Below, one piece after another: positions 53,584 through 64,000 of a DNA stretch of 64,000 bases; positions within the stretch are counted from its first letter, which is position 1; each line of letters begins with the position of its first letter. A program made the translations under genes and the position numbers. The notes under the pieces were generated by a model, which worked only from the letters and a program-made list of their open reading frames with translations, ran no database searches and had not been told where the DNA came from. The stretch is taken from contig OX597814.1 of the NCBI GenBank assembly GCA_951406725.2, positions 152,272,001 through 152,336,000 of the forward strand. The letters are read 5' to 3'. Source of the stretch: Octopus vulgaris (taxonomy: Eukaryota).

Positions 53584-54210
53584 GCATGCACACATACGCA
53601 CACACTACATACAAGCTCACAAATACAACACAAATCTGTGGTAAAGCGACCAAATTTTTCGAAGACTGTTTTGCTTTCCTTTCCAGTGTTTGTTTCAAAT
53701 GTAAAAATAGTAGTAGTGACCACATACCTTTTGCAAACCTACCCAGACAGGTGAGATCGATGCTGATGATCTTTAATTTGATTATCTGTAGACTTAACTC
53801 AGCAAGAAAGAGAAGCCGACATGGTGTGGATTTTATATGGTTATAATTTTGTGTCAGGAAGATTAAACCAAGAGCAGGACTTAGGATAACAGGCACAGTA
53901 CGAATAGCTGGAGAAGAGACGAATACATCGGGCTGACTTTAGTGGTTCATTACGTAAATGGTTTACAGAAGATGCAGTATATATAAATGAGGCAAAGGAG
54001 AGATAGAAAAGGAGAAAGAGCATAAGTGTGAGCTGTTAGCGATTGAGTCATTGTCAACATATTGAATTTTGGATGCTGTCTAGGATGGTAATTTGAGGGA
54101 CAGTTAAGTGAATTACATGTTTATTTAGAAAATGCGATAGCGATCTCAGACTAACGTTGCTAATGATCAGCCGAGGCTTCTTACTTGAGTTATAGTCAGT
54201 TTATGAATTT

Positions 54211-54339
54211 AGGGGTGCTGAAAAGTGTCTGACTTTAAAAGTGTGGATCTGAGATGGAAATATGTTGAATACAATCATAATAAACTGATCCTCCTACATT
54301 TCATTTTACCCAAAGCCAGGGACTTTCAGCACCTGCCCG

Positions 54340-54341
<2 letters not shown>
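54211..54341. mobile_element. Tc1/mariner-like MITE, internally deleted
   Basis: TIR aggggtgctgaaaagt / actttcagcacctgcccgta; core shared with 4404-4627. Confidence 0.65.
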
Positions 54342-54371
<30 letters not shown>

Positions 54372-54407
54372 TGTATGTATGTATGTATGTATATGTGTGT
54401 GTGTGTT

Positions 54408-54482
<75 letters not shown>

Positions 54483-54483
54483 G

Positions 54484-54803
54484 CTGGTATTCCGTCGGTT
54501 ACGACGACGGGGGTTCCAGTTAATCTGATCAAAGGAACAACCTACTCGTGAAATTAAAGTGCATGTGATTAAGCACTCCACAGACATGTGTACCCTTAAC
54601 GTAGATCTCAGGGAGATTCTAGGTGACACAGAGTGTGGTAAGGCTAGCCCTTTGAAATACAGGTACTACTGATTTTTGCCAGCTGAGTGGACTAGAGCAA
54701 CGTGAAATAAAGTGTCTTGCTCAAGGATACAACGAGTCCCCGGGAATTGAACTCATGACCTTACAATCCTGAACCGAATACCCTAACCACTAAGCCACGC
54801 ACC
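54484..54803 (-). mobile_element. SINE family C, full length
   Basis: Minus-strand A-box tggcttagtgg, B-box gagttcaattcc, CORE-like atccttgagcaagacacttta. Confidence 0.9.
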
Positions 54804-55500
54804 TTCACTATATATCTATATACACGTAGTTGTAGATTAATTTTATATGTGTCTTTCTGTACACAATTCAACGTTTATAAAAGTGGAAAAGAGGAGTCGT
54901 TCGCTATGCTGTGAAGGGTATAGAATGCAATGTTTGATAGCTTTTATCTTAATTCTGAAAGGGAGAAAATTGGTTTGGAAGGAGAGATGGAGAACTGGTC
55001 AAGAGGGATGGTGTGAGAAGCCAAGGAAGAGCGGTCAAAAGGGATTTGTCAGAAAATTTGACAAAATGCTATATCTCTCAAACGGTACAGTTACGATGAC
55101 GGGTTATTGCATGAATAAAGGAGAGGCAAAGGTATACAGGTAGAGGCAAAGCGGGAAAATGTGGGAGAGGCATATATGCAAGCACAAAATTAAACCAGTA
55201 CACAATTACACACAAACACACACACACACACAAATTCACACGCGTACAAATGCGCGCGCACTCACACACACATACACGCACACGCACACCCAACCATCCT
55301 TCCACACATATACTCTTTACTCTTTTACTTGTTTCAGTCAATCACTGTGGCCATTCTTTGTAAGCCTAGTACTTATTCTATCGGTCTCTTTTGCCGAACC
55401 GCTAAGTTACGGGGACGTAAACACACCAGCATCGGTTGTCAAGTGATGTTGGGGCGACAAACACAGATACACAAATATATACACAAACATACATATATAC

Positions 55501-55886
55501 ATGATGGCTGCCCCCCTCGTTATCGAGTATGGCCAGTGCACGAATCTTAACTGTTACTGGTGCTGTGATCGAATGTGACTTTTTACCCCAGCTAAAGATC
55601 TACAATGTCTTGTACAGAATTGGCAACTAAAACCTTTACCGGTAATAGCCGGCTGTAGTTGTAACAGGGCTTCATGTACCTTTGCATGTCGTTTAAGTCC
55701 TCCTGCCGAATTACACTCTCTTCCACATGCCCGACAGATATGATTAGTATGGTGTCAAACATCACTACCAGTGGCCAGGTTGTCACTCATCTGTCTCGCT
55801 TTATGACTACGAAGATGACTCTTTAGTCCAGCTTTACTGAGGCAGGGTCTTGCACAGACACTGCATGTCAGCATCATAGGAAGATC
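55501..55886 (-). pseudogene. RTE-type LINE 3' end encoding three tandem C2H2 zinc fingers (one internal stop)
   Basis: 55886-55554: [64 protein letters not shown]; 3' UTR shared with 30496-30547. Confidence 0.8.
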
Positions 55887-55933
55887 CTACATACATACAT
55901 ACATAAATACACATAAATACATACATACATACA

Positions 55934-56023
<90 letters not shown>

Positions 56024-56109
56024 TATAATAAATATTAGGAATAAATCCAAATTTACAGGGGAAAAATCAGATTTAGGATTGAATCCAATTTTATAGTAAA
56101 ATATTATAT

Positions 56110-56174
<65 letters not shown>

Positions 56175-56220
56175 TATGGCTATCGAGCTTGTAATGTTAT
56201 GTTTTTCTATTATATTTCTT

Positions 56221-56299
56221 GAGTTTGTTGCACTGATGAACATAGAAATGCATATTCTGCATTTAAATGCGAAATCACATGTGGTATGTAACTGAATTC
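56221..56299 (+). ncRNA. Type I hammerhead ribozyme fold, copy 1 (predicted cut after GUA, 56286)
   Basis: Stem I gagttt-gttgca / tgtaac-t-gaattc; core CTGATGA 56233-56239; stem II cat..aaatgca-tattc-tgcattt..atg; GAAA 56271-56274; palindromic stem III tcacatgtgg; TA. Confidence 0.75.
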
Positions 56300-56720
56300 T
56301 GTTTTAAAATGATGTGTTTTGAAGTTTTGCATTCGGTAAAATTTTGTTTATTTTTAGTAGTTTTGACCGCATTGGTCCCTCTTAGCGTGTTGGTATCTAC
56401 GAATAGTAGTACCCTCAATATAATATAAATGAATATTTTCAAAGAGGAAGAATTTACGGATTTTTTCTCTTACGAGGTTTTTCACGCTGACTACTGATAA
56501 TTTCTTTTAAAGATTTTATCCTCAATTGTTAATTTATATTTTCCACCGGAATAGTTCAATACTGAATTTTTATTCCGAATAGACAATTTGTTACCGAAAT
56601 GCATTGCGAATGAGCCCGCCATTTTCATAGATATGTAAAGATAAACATTCGGACATGCTACGACGAATTCTACGGTTGGCTATCGAGCTTGTAATGTTAT
56701 GTTTTTCTATTATATTTCTT

Positions 56721-56799
56721 GAGTTTGTTGCACTGATGAACATAGAAATGCATATTCTGCATTTAAATGCGAAATCACATGTGGTATGTAACTGAATTC
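56721..56799 (+). ncRNA. Type I hammerhead ribozyme fold, copy 2 (predicted cut after GUA, 56786)
   Basis: Identical sequence to copy 1, offset by 500 nt. Confidence 0.75.
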
Positions 56800-58766
56800 T
56801 TTTTTAAAATGATGTGTTTTGAAGTTTTGCATTCGGTAAAATTTTGTTTATTTTTAGTAGTTTTGACCGCATTGGTCCCTCTTAGCGTGTTGGTATCTAC
56901 GAATAGTAGTACCCTCAATATAATATAAATATATATATATATATATATATACGACGGGCTTCTTCGAGTTTCCGTCTACCAGATCCACTCACAAGGCTTT
57001 GGTCGGCCCGAGGCTATAGTAGAAGACACTTGCCCAAGGTGCCACGAAGTGGGACTGAACCCGGAAACATGTGGTTCGTAAGCAAGCTACGTACCACACA
57101 GCCACTCCTACGCCTTCTATGAACACTTTTCTTTAAAATACCTAGCTAAGACAAATAAGACACATTTCAAGAGGGTCTCGTATTTGTCTGGTTACCGAAT
57201 AGTATTACTCGAAGAAAATCAATCCTACATTGAGTACTTCCAGCTTGTGTCTCTTCGAAAGATTGTTAGTTTCATCCGGTTGAATGTTAGTGCCTGTTTT
57301 TTTTCTATACACTCATCTATCGCAAGCAGTCACGTTTTTCAATCGATGGTTGCGAAAGGATTCTGTCCTTTATATGATATTTCTGTATTTAATGTCTTTT
57401 ATCTGAGAGGGAGAAGATTCAAGAAAATAAAAAAGAAGTCGACGGGATGATTTTGAGAGGAAAAACGAATAATCAAACAAGTAGTATTGTGTGAGGAATC
57501 AAAGGGCTGCGAACGAAAGAAATGTGTCAGAAAGCTGGACAGGAAGATGCATCTCTTAAACAACCTTTTAGAACGTTCTGTTTCAAGAACTGTACAGTTC
57601 TTGGAACAGAACTTTCTGAAGCAGAAGACTTGCTACCAGGTAAAATTACGAATGCTTCCTTTTGTATTACGTATCGGAAGCTGCATCTTTCAATCTTTTT
57701 TGCCATTGCATAAGCTAAGTTGTATATACAGAAATGCATCTGTGTATGTGTGACTGACTGTGCGGCAAGAGTTATGACACAAATACATGTCTATTTTCTA
57801 AAACATTCTCCTCGAGATTATAGTGGAAGAACCTAACCTTATCAGCAATAAAATGAAGGAAAGCACATCTTATCTAAATTGCAAATAAATTAGATAGGCT
57901 ATCAGCACAGTTGCTAGATTCAACCACTATACATTTCAGTTATGAGAAGGTTATCCACACTTATCTTAATTATGATTTAAATCATGAAACTTTCAAAACA
58001 GTCGCAGTTTCCACCTACAAATTCTGACTCAATTCCCTTGTTTTATAAAATACTGTATAAACATTCATGGTAGCAATTCCAACGTAACAATCTTCGATTT
58101 CATTTTTATATAATAAATGCAAAATATTAAGCACCTTTACAAGGTTTTAACAAGTTCAAGAGGAAATCACTAAAATATTTCCTTCAAAGAAATAATTATT
58201 TTAACCAAAAGTTTTAGAAAAAGGCAGTACGAATTTCTAACAGGTAGAAACTGATATCGGCAGGAAAAAAACAGTAAAAATTATATTGTGAAGATCGTGA
58301 ATTTGGGTAAGTTAGTGTATCAAGTGGAGAAAATGAATCTGATATATGAGAAATAATCATTGGTCTAATAAGAGAGAGAGTGACAGTTCTTTTCTACAGT
58401 TGATTAAAATGTACTGCCCGGGACACACGGAAACGCCTACACGTACATACAAACACACCCACATACACACATGTATATATTCTTTTATTCTTTTATTTGT
58501 TTCAGTCATTAAATGGGAGATTGTTAGTTTTGCAAAGTCATATAAAATCTCCAACAAAACGATGTGAGTTATGTACTGAAGAAGCGTATAAAATCCTTAT
58601 ATCTAGAAAAGATTTACTTATTTAAAAAAAAAAGAAAAAAAGTATCTTGTCTGCATTCAGCGAAATATATTTTCTCAAAGTATAATTAAACTTTATACTC
58701 ATCATATAGAGTAATATTAAACTATATGATATACTTTTCATATAATATCCTCTAACATTTATGTGA

Positions 58767-59385
58767 CATAGTACCGTCATACTGCAAAATCTCACCTTCA
58801 TCCAAGTCTGGTATTAAATTGTCCTTCAGCAACTGGATGTATTTAGCACTATTCAAGGGGGTCGTTTCACTTTCTAATAAGCGAGAATTTGTCAGAAGGC
58901 CTTCGGGAAAGCGAAACGACACACGTTACACAACGGAAACGTGGCAGCTCAGTCACAGAGCATGGCATCTCACACCTGTGAATATGGTGAAGGATTTCTA
59001 CGCATCTCTTCCCAGGAGCACTGAAGGAATTATTCAAGCTAAGAGAAGCCACAAGAAATATTAACAATGTACAGTAACTTCTTGAAATTAACATTATGTA
59101 ATATATTTTCATTATATACATTTTTCTGTTTTAAAACACTGTATCTTGATTGGTTTATGAGGTGGCCGAAAACATTTGCACGGCTATTTTTAGAAGTCAT
59201 CTCGCATCTTCCCCTCTCATTCAGAACCTCTACTACAAAATATAATGATTAAGTATGGAATGGACTACAAAAGGGGCAATATTTCATCTGTAAAAACTGC
59301 AATATGAAAAATCTACTTATAAGTTGGCAATTAGTAGAAATTTACAATAGTTTAAAGTGGCCAAAGACTTTTCCACGGTACTGTA
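58767..59385 (+). mobile_element. Internally deleted Tc1-like transposon
   Basis: Transposase C-terminus AWHLTPVNMVKDFYASLPRSTEGIIQAKRSHKKY*; repeated end motif gtggccgaaaacatttgcacgg / gtggccaaagacttttccacggtactg followed by TA. Confidence 0.75.
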
Positions 59386-61894
59386 TACATTAGAAGTTGT
59401 AATGTTCCTGTTTGCCGAAATTTGATATAATGAGAACCATATTAATAAGGAAGGAGAGCATTCATGCATTGATTGCGTCTTGATAGAAATAGTAGCCTTT
59501 CTCTATCAAATTACATCCTGCCCTTTCGAGACAGTAAGCTAACACGTATAATACAGTCCCAAATAAGCAATTTTCGAGAGCAGGACGACAATGTCATGAA
59601 CGGAACATTTTTCAACCATCGGTTACACGTTCAGGCCTGACATAGCAGTTATAAAAGAGCAAGAGCATTTCCCCGAACTTTTAATTATCATTTAAATCTA
59701 AAAATTTTTAACAAGAAAAGAAACAGCACAATAATATTTTCAAATATTAATTGCCATCACTCTCCCCTATTGACTGTTTATGCATTTGTTCTTTCATAGA
59801 AGAAAATAAACTCTTGTTCTGTATTTAATAAACACTTTTGGAAGAAACAAATGTTTGGAGTTAGCTTTTTTTAGCTAAAGGATACAATTTCCCCTCCACT
59901 TTGTGTACAAATGTTTGCATATATGTGTATCTGTGTGTAATTGTTTATGTGTATATGGGTAAATAAGGTGTTTGTTTATATGTTAGTGTGCATGTGTGTG
60001 CTGTGGAGACATGAGTATTTATGCAAATTTATCAAATTGAAATTCTTTAATCAAAAAAATTTGTTCAAACACTGATTAATTCACTCTCAATTATAAGAAT
60101 ATGGAAATTTAACGAACGAACTAATTAAATCTTTCACAATCATTTTTAATTGAGGAAATGTTTTGTTTTTAATTTTTCATTTTATCTGTAAATAGCTAGT
60201 TATTTTTTCTTCGAAGAAATCTAATTTTATAATTAAAATAAATTTCGAATGATTCCAACTTATAGCAAAGCAATTCTGTTTTACCGAAGAACCAAGTCAT
60301 ACTCTGTAAGCAATGTGAGGTTTGCAATTTTAATGCGAATGAAGAAACTCTGGCGTTTCCGGACAAATCGTTACAAATCTGTTTCGGTAAAGCTGTTCCA
60401 AAATATAGTACATCCTTTATATGGTTGTCTATTTTATTTTCCGTGGTCCATTTTTTATCAATACATCAAGCTATCCATATATTTCAAACCCGAAACTATA
60501 AATTTTCCAGTCAAGAACGATTTTTTCCCCTGTCGAGCCCATTAAGGTTGTTTCTGATTAAATTAAATTGATTGATTTCCCTTATGAATCATTGCTTGGC
60601 GTCATATGAAATATTTCTATAAAACACATATAAAGCTGATTTTTAAAAAATACTTAGAATAATTGTTGTGTTGCCATCCTTGATCTAATAATTATTGGCG
60701 ATAATGGCGTTGTGGATGAGATGCCGCTCTCAACAATTTTTAAGGATTTTAAAAATGCTCTTTTTCAAGCTATCCAACGAGCGAGATAAACTGCATCACA
60801 GTCACATTGAGAATAAAATATTAACAGAACAAAACAAAAAACAATCGAATCAATTTGTTTTCGTATTTTTATTATAATTAAGTATATTACTGAATATTTA
60901 TCTAATTATAGTTCTCGATTTATAGATTTTCCCAGGAATTTAATTTTGAGACGAATATAATTTGTTAAAAAATAAAATACGTTATTCATTGTTCCTTTTC
61001 AAATGCAAATTAACATTTAGAAAATATGTTTTGATACATCTCACTGTTTTTCATATTAAATATTATTGTCCGCCATTTTGTTCACCAGCAGCCTTATATC
61101 AAATTAATATAACATTACTGGCATAGAGCATGACCTCTGGAACAGGGAAATTTATTTCAAATCCAATTGACAGATGTATTTGTAGTATGTGTTGGAATTG
61201 AATATGTTACAGTCAATATTTCGTCGACGTATACTGTCCAACAACTAATTTTAATTTGGTAATCAAACAATAGTAATCTTATTTCATAAATCAAACATCA
61301 CATTCAGGTTATTTTTTTATTCAGCTTCTTTTTCATACACACTAATACGAGCAAATACTCATACGCGCTCACTGATATACACAAAGACACTCACACATAC
61401 ACACTTTCTTTCTTACCTTCTTTCCCCTCCGTTCTCTTTCTCTATCTACCTCTTTCCCCTCTTTCATTCTCTAAAACACACATGCATGACAATCACGGCT
61501 TATGAATAGGAAGATAGAATATCATTTGAAATATCAAAGGTTCGTATCATATGGTTAGCCGTGTTTTATGATCAAGATCCCTTAATTGTCAAAGATAAAC
61601 CAATAACCAGCCTTTAGCTGCAAATGAGTACAGTTCAAGGCAAAACCCTGATCCGTAATTAACAAGTCCGTTTATGGACTACATTATTGGGACCTGATCT
61701 CCTTAAACTCCAGGTCAGAGTCCAAATCAATCTTCCCTTGGGATTTGGTAACTAACTAGGTTTGATAGCTAGCGTACGCTTGTATACACTATATTAACAT
61801 CAGCTCTTAGCATGGAAACCTTCCTTATTTGCAATATGCAGTCAATGCTGAATAAAAAGCACACAGAGATACACATATATACACACTACCTTCT

Positions 61895-61899
<5 letters not shown>

Positions 61900-61926
<27 letters not shown>

Positions 61927-61995
61927 AACATACATACATACATACATACATACATACATACATACATACATACATACATACATACATACATACAT
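61900..61995. repeat. (CATA)n microsatellite
   Basis: Direct read. Confidence 0.97.
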
Positions 61996-62137
61996 TCAAA
62001 GCGACCAGCCGCGTATTTGATGAGGGAAACTATCGAAAATACGATGAATACTCCAACTTTGGAGCCACAACTATCAGCCTTGTTAAATAACTGGTTAATC
62101 TTCAGATGAATTAACTGAAGGAGCCTTTTATTTACGA

Positions 62138-62531
62138 CTAGCAGTATCGCCCGGCGTTGCTCGGATTGTAAGGGAAATAACTATATAAGCATTTTTAGAG
62201 AGTTATAGCCAAAAAATAGCAAAAAAAATGCATTAAAAATTGAAAAAAAATTAAGGTAAATTTTTTTTAAATCGTTGACACATCGTAGATATTTTTAGAG
62301 AGTTACTTCCCTTATATAAAAGCGAAAAAAATGCATTAAAATGGAAAAATATGATGGTAATTTTTTTTAAATCGTAGACTCATCGTAGACGCGCGCTAAT
62401 ACCCAGAAGGGCTCGATATGAATCACGACTATAAGATACCCGCTTTTGGTTAAACTGCACCGCAAAATGTGGGAGTAATTACGAATGTAAATCGAAGGGG
62501 ACAGACACACAACTTCACTCTTATATAAAGA
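62138..62531 (-). mobile_element. Non-autonomous Helitron
   Basis: Minus strand A|TC...ccgagcaacgccggg hairpin...CTAG|T; internal ~100-bp duplication. Confidence 0.85.
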
Positions 62532-62544
62532 TGCTTTTTTTTTT

Positions 62545-62857
62545 CAGTCATAGAGTTAGATTTATGAAGGTCTTCAGTAGAAAATCCTTCGAATTCTGAC
62601 TCGCTGCTTGATATAATGAAATTCGTATCCATTTTTTGTCAGAATTACAAATTTTGAAAACACAATAGGAACAAATTTCGGAAAAAAATCTCCCATAATT
62701 CACGGAATTAAAATTACACTTCGATTTTTGTACAAAACTGTATTTGAAGTGTTTACGAAGTATAATACGTGTTTTCACGAATGTACTAAAGAGATTTACT
62801 CTGATATTCTCATTTAAATATGAATAGGTAAATTCGGGCGGTTTGGTAACGAAAGGG
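62545..62857 (-). mobile_element. piggyBac-like element 5' end
   Basis: Minus-strand terminus (taaa)ccctttcgttacc; acidic N-terminus MDTNFIISSSESEFEGFSTEDL. Confidence 0.55.
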
Positions 62858-63344
62858 TTTATATAAGTGTCGTCTGTTTATACATAAACACTGTTTCATA
62901 GTTTCAGTTTAGTCTTCCTCAAATCACTGTCGCTAATTTACTCTCTTCCAAGAACATTTTCACTCACTGTTATCTGTTAGCTTCCCATACATTTTACTCA
63001 TGTATCTATCAGCGTGATAGACAGAAACAAATATTACATTTACTTTCATTTTATTCGTTGCCCACTGTGTGTGTGCGTTTGCGTGTGGTGTAAACCAGAC
63101 TAAGAAAAGCATTTGACACACACACCAGAATGTGAGTTTTCTGTAAATTTTGCTTAATTGGAGTTTAAATTTTAAAAACTGGACCTGGCATGACGCGATG
63201 CATTGTACTCTTAAAACTGCTAGGTAAATTGTAATTGAAGAAATCCTATATTGTAGATTTGTATAACTCCCAAAGGGAGGCAGATAAAATCTGCCTTTTA
63301 TAATAAGAGATCGTAGGGACTTTCGACTGAAACTTGAATTTAAC

Positions 63345-63675
63345 ATGCGGAGAGCTACTACAAACAACATGGCTGGACACATCAACAACAACACAATCGA
63401 GGAATAGAACGAAAACAACAGCTCAACAGGTAAACAAATACTTTCTAGCTGTAGTTATAGAAAAAGCCGTAACTACAAAATTCATTTCTCTTGGAGTTAT
63501 GAATTGAATAATGATATATTTAAATGCTACGAAAAACCGAAACAAAACCCCGCAGTTAGCTATATGAAACGACTGAAATCATATTGGGACGATCTGCATT
63601 CAGAATTAAATCATTTTACTGCGAAGCAACTACGCCAATAAGCAACATTTGTAGAACACAGAACAAAAGGTTAGT
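63345..63675 (+). pseudogene. Probable N-terminal region of an RLE (R4/Dong-like) LINE ORF
   Basis: FSWSYELNNDIFKCYEK..SYMKRLKSYWDDLHSELNHFTAKQLRQ*A resembles the W..N..CY..Y.KRL..W..Q.L N-terminal block; two stops. Confidence 0.5.
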
Positions 63676-64000
63676 AACTGTAACTTTATTAAGAAATTGA
63701 AAATTAACCTTTTTTCCAACTCTATAAACAAAAATGAAACATGAATGATATAAAACCACCACATGGTTTCGCAGCTAGTGACATTCCAACAGATTCCATA
63801 GTACCTGCCAGCCAAACGACATTACTGGCCCAAATAACTGACCACTGTCCCCCTACTACGACTATGGCAAATAGTAGGCACAACCGCAACGATTATTGTA
63901 GTAGAAGTAGTGGTAGTCAGGATTATATGCCGGTGAAATGTGCCCTTACTGAAATTTTCCGAGAAAAAATAACTTTGACTTTGAAGGAGTCTCTCGAGGA

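Larger units (their letters stand above)
56177..56930 (+). mobile_element. Retrozyme/Penelope-like non-autonomous element: 500-bp unit plus 254-bp terminal repeat
   Basis: 56177-56430 equals 56677-56930 except one base (56301 g / 56801 t); no ORF; flanked by (TA)n/(GA)n. Confidence 0.85.
55311..57114 (-). mobile_element. SINE family B split into tail (55311-55500) and head (56950-57114) by nested insertions
   Basis: Both halves are reverse complements of 20266-20680 and face each other across its internal microsatellite. Confidence 0.8.

Noticed and set aside
53687-53750. Possible 64-nt exon (tttcctttccag acceptor, cag|gtgaga donor)
   Set aside because: Isolated splice-like signals with no recognisable peptide or partner exons; needs RNA-seq
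56177-56930. Reading the 254-bp direct repeats as LTRs of a TRIM
   Set aside because: No CA 3' end, PBS, polypurine tract or 4-6-bp TSD; the hammerhead fold fits a retrozyme or Penelope-type repeat better
63260-63312. aggcagat-aaa-atctgcct hairpin as P4 of an HDV-like ribozyme upstream of the LINE-like ORF
   Set aside because: No P1/P2/P3 partners or catalytic C found; more like a Helitron-type 5' end on the minus strand (atctcttattataaaa)

Overview
AT-rich, microsatellite-dense eukaryotic DNA with no supportable host protein-coding gene, rRNA, tRNA gene or CRISPR array; almost all ORF-track entries are microsatellite artefacts or transposon remnants. The repeat landscape resembles an octopus genome (inference from recalled SINE sequences, not verified). 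Contents: tRNA-derived SINEs of at least three families, decayed R4/Dong-type restriction-like-endonuclease (RLE) LINEs stacked in (TAA)n tracts, RTE fragments (one with three C-terminal C2H2 fingers), a Penelope-like GIY-YIG fragment, Helitron relics, and Tc1/mariner, hAT-like, Kolobok-like and piggyBac-like elements. The strongest candidate system is a non-coding 1.5-mer element at 56177-56930: two 254-bp direct repeats 500 bp apart, each with a type I hammerhead ribozyme fold, i.e. a retrozyme or Penelope-dependent self-cleaving RNA element. It is nested with other insertions inside one SINE's internal microsatellite. Also notable are microsatellite-associated insertion of several retroelement families and a 1.34-kb old palindrome. 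All alignments and folds were done by eye; boundaries of decayed elements are approximate.
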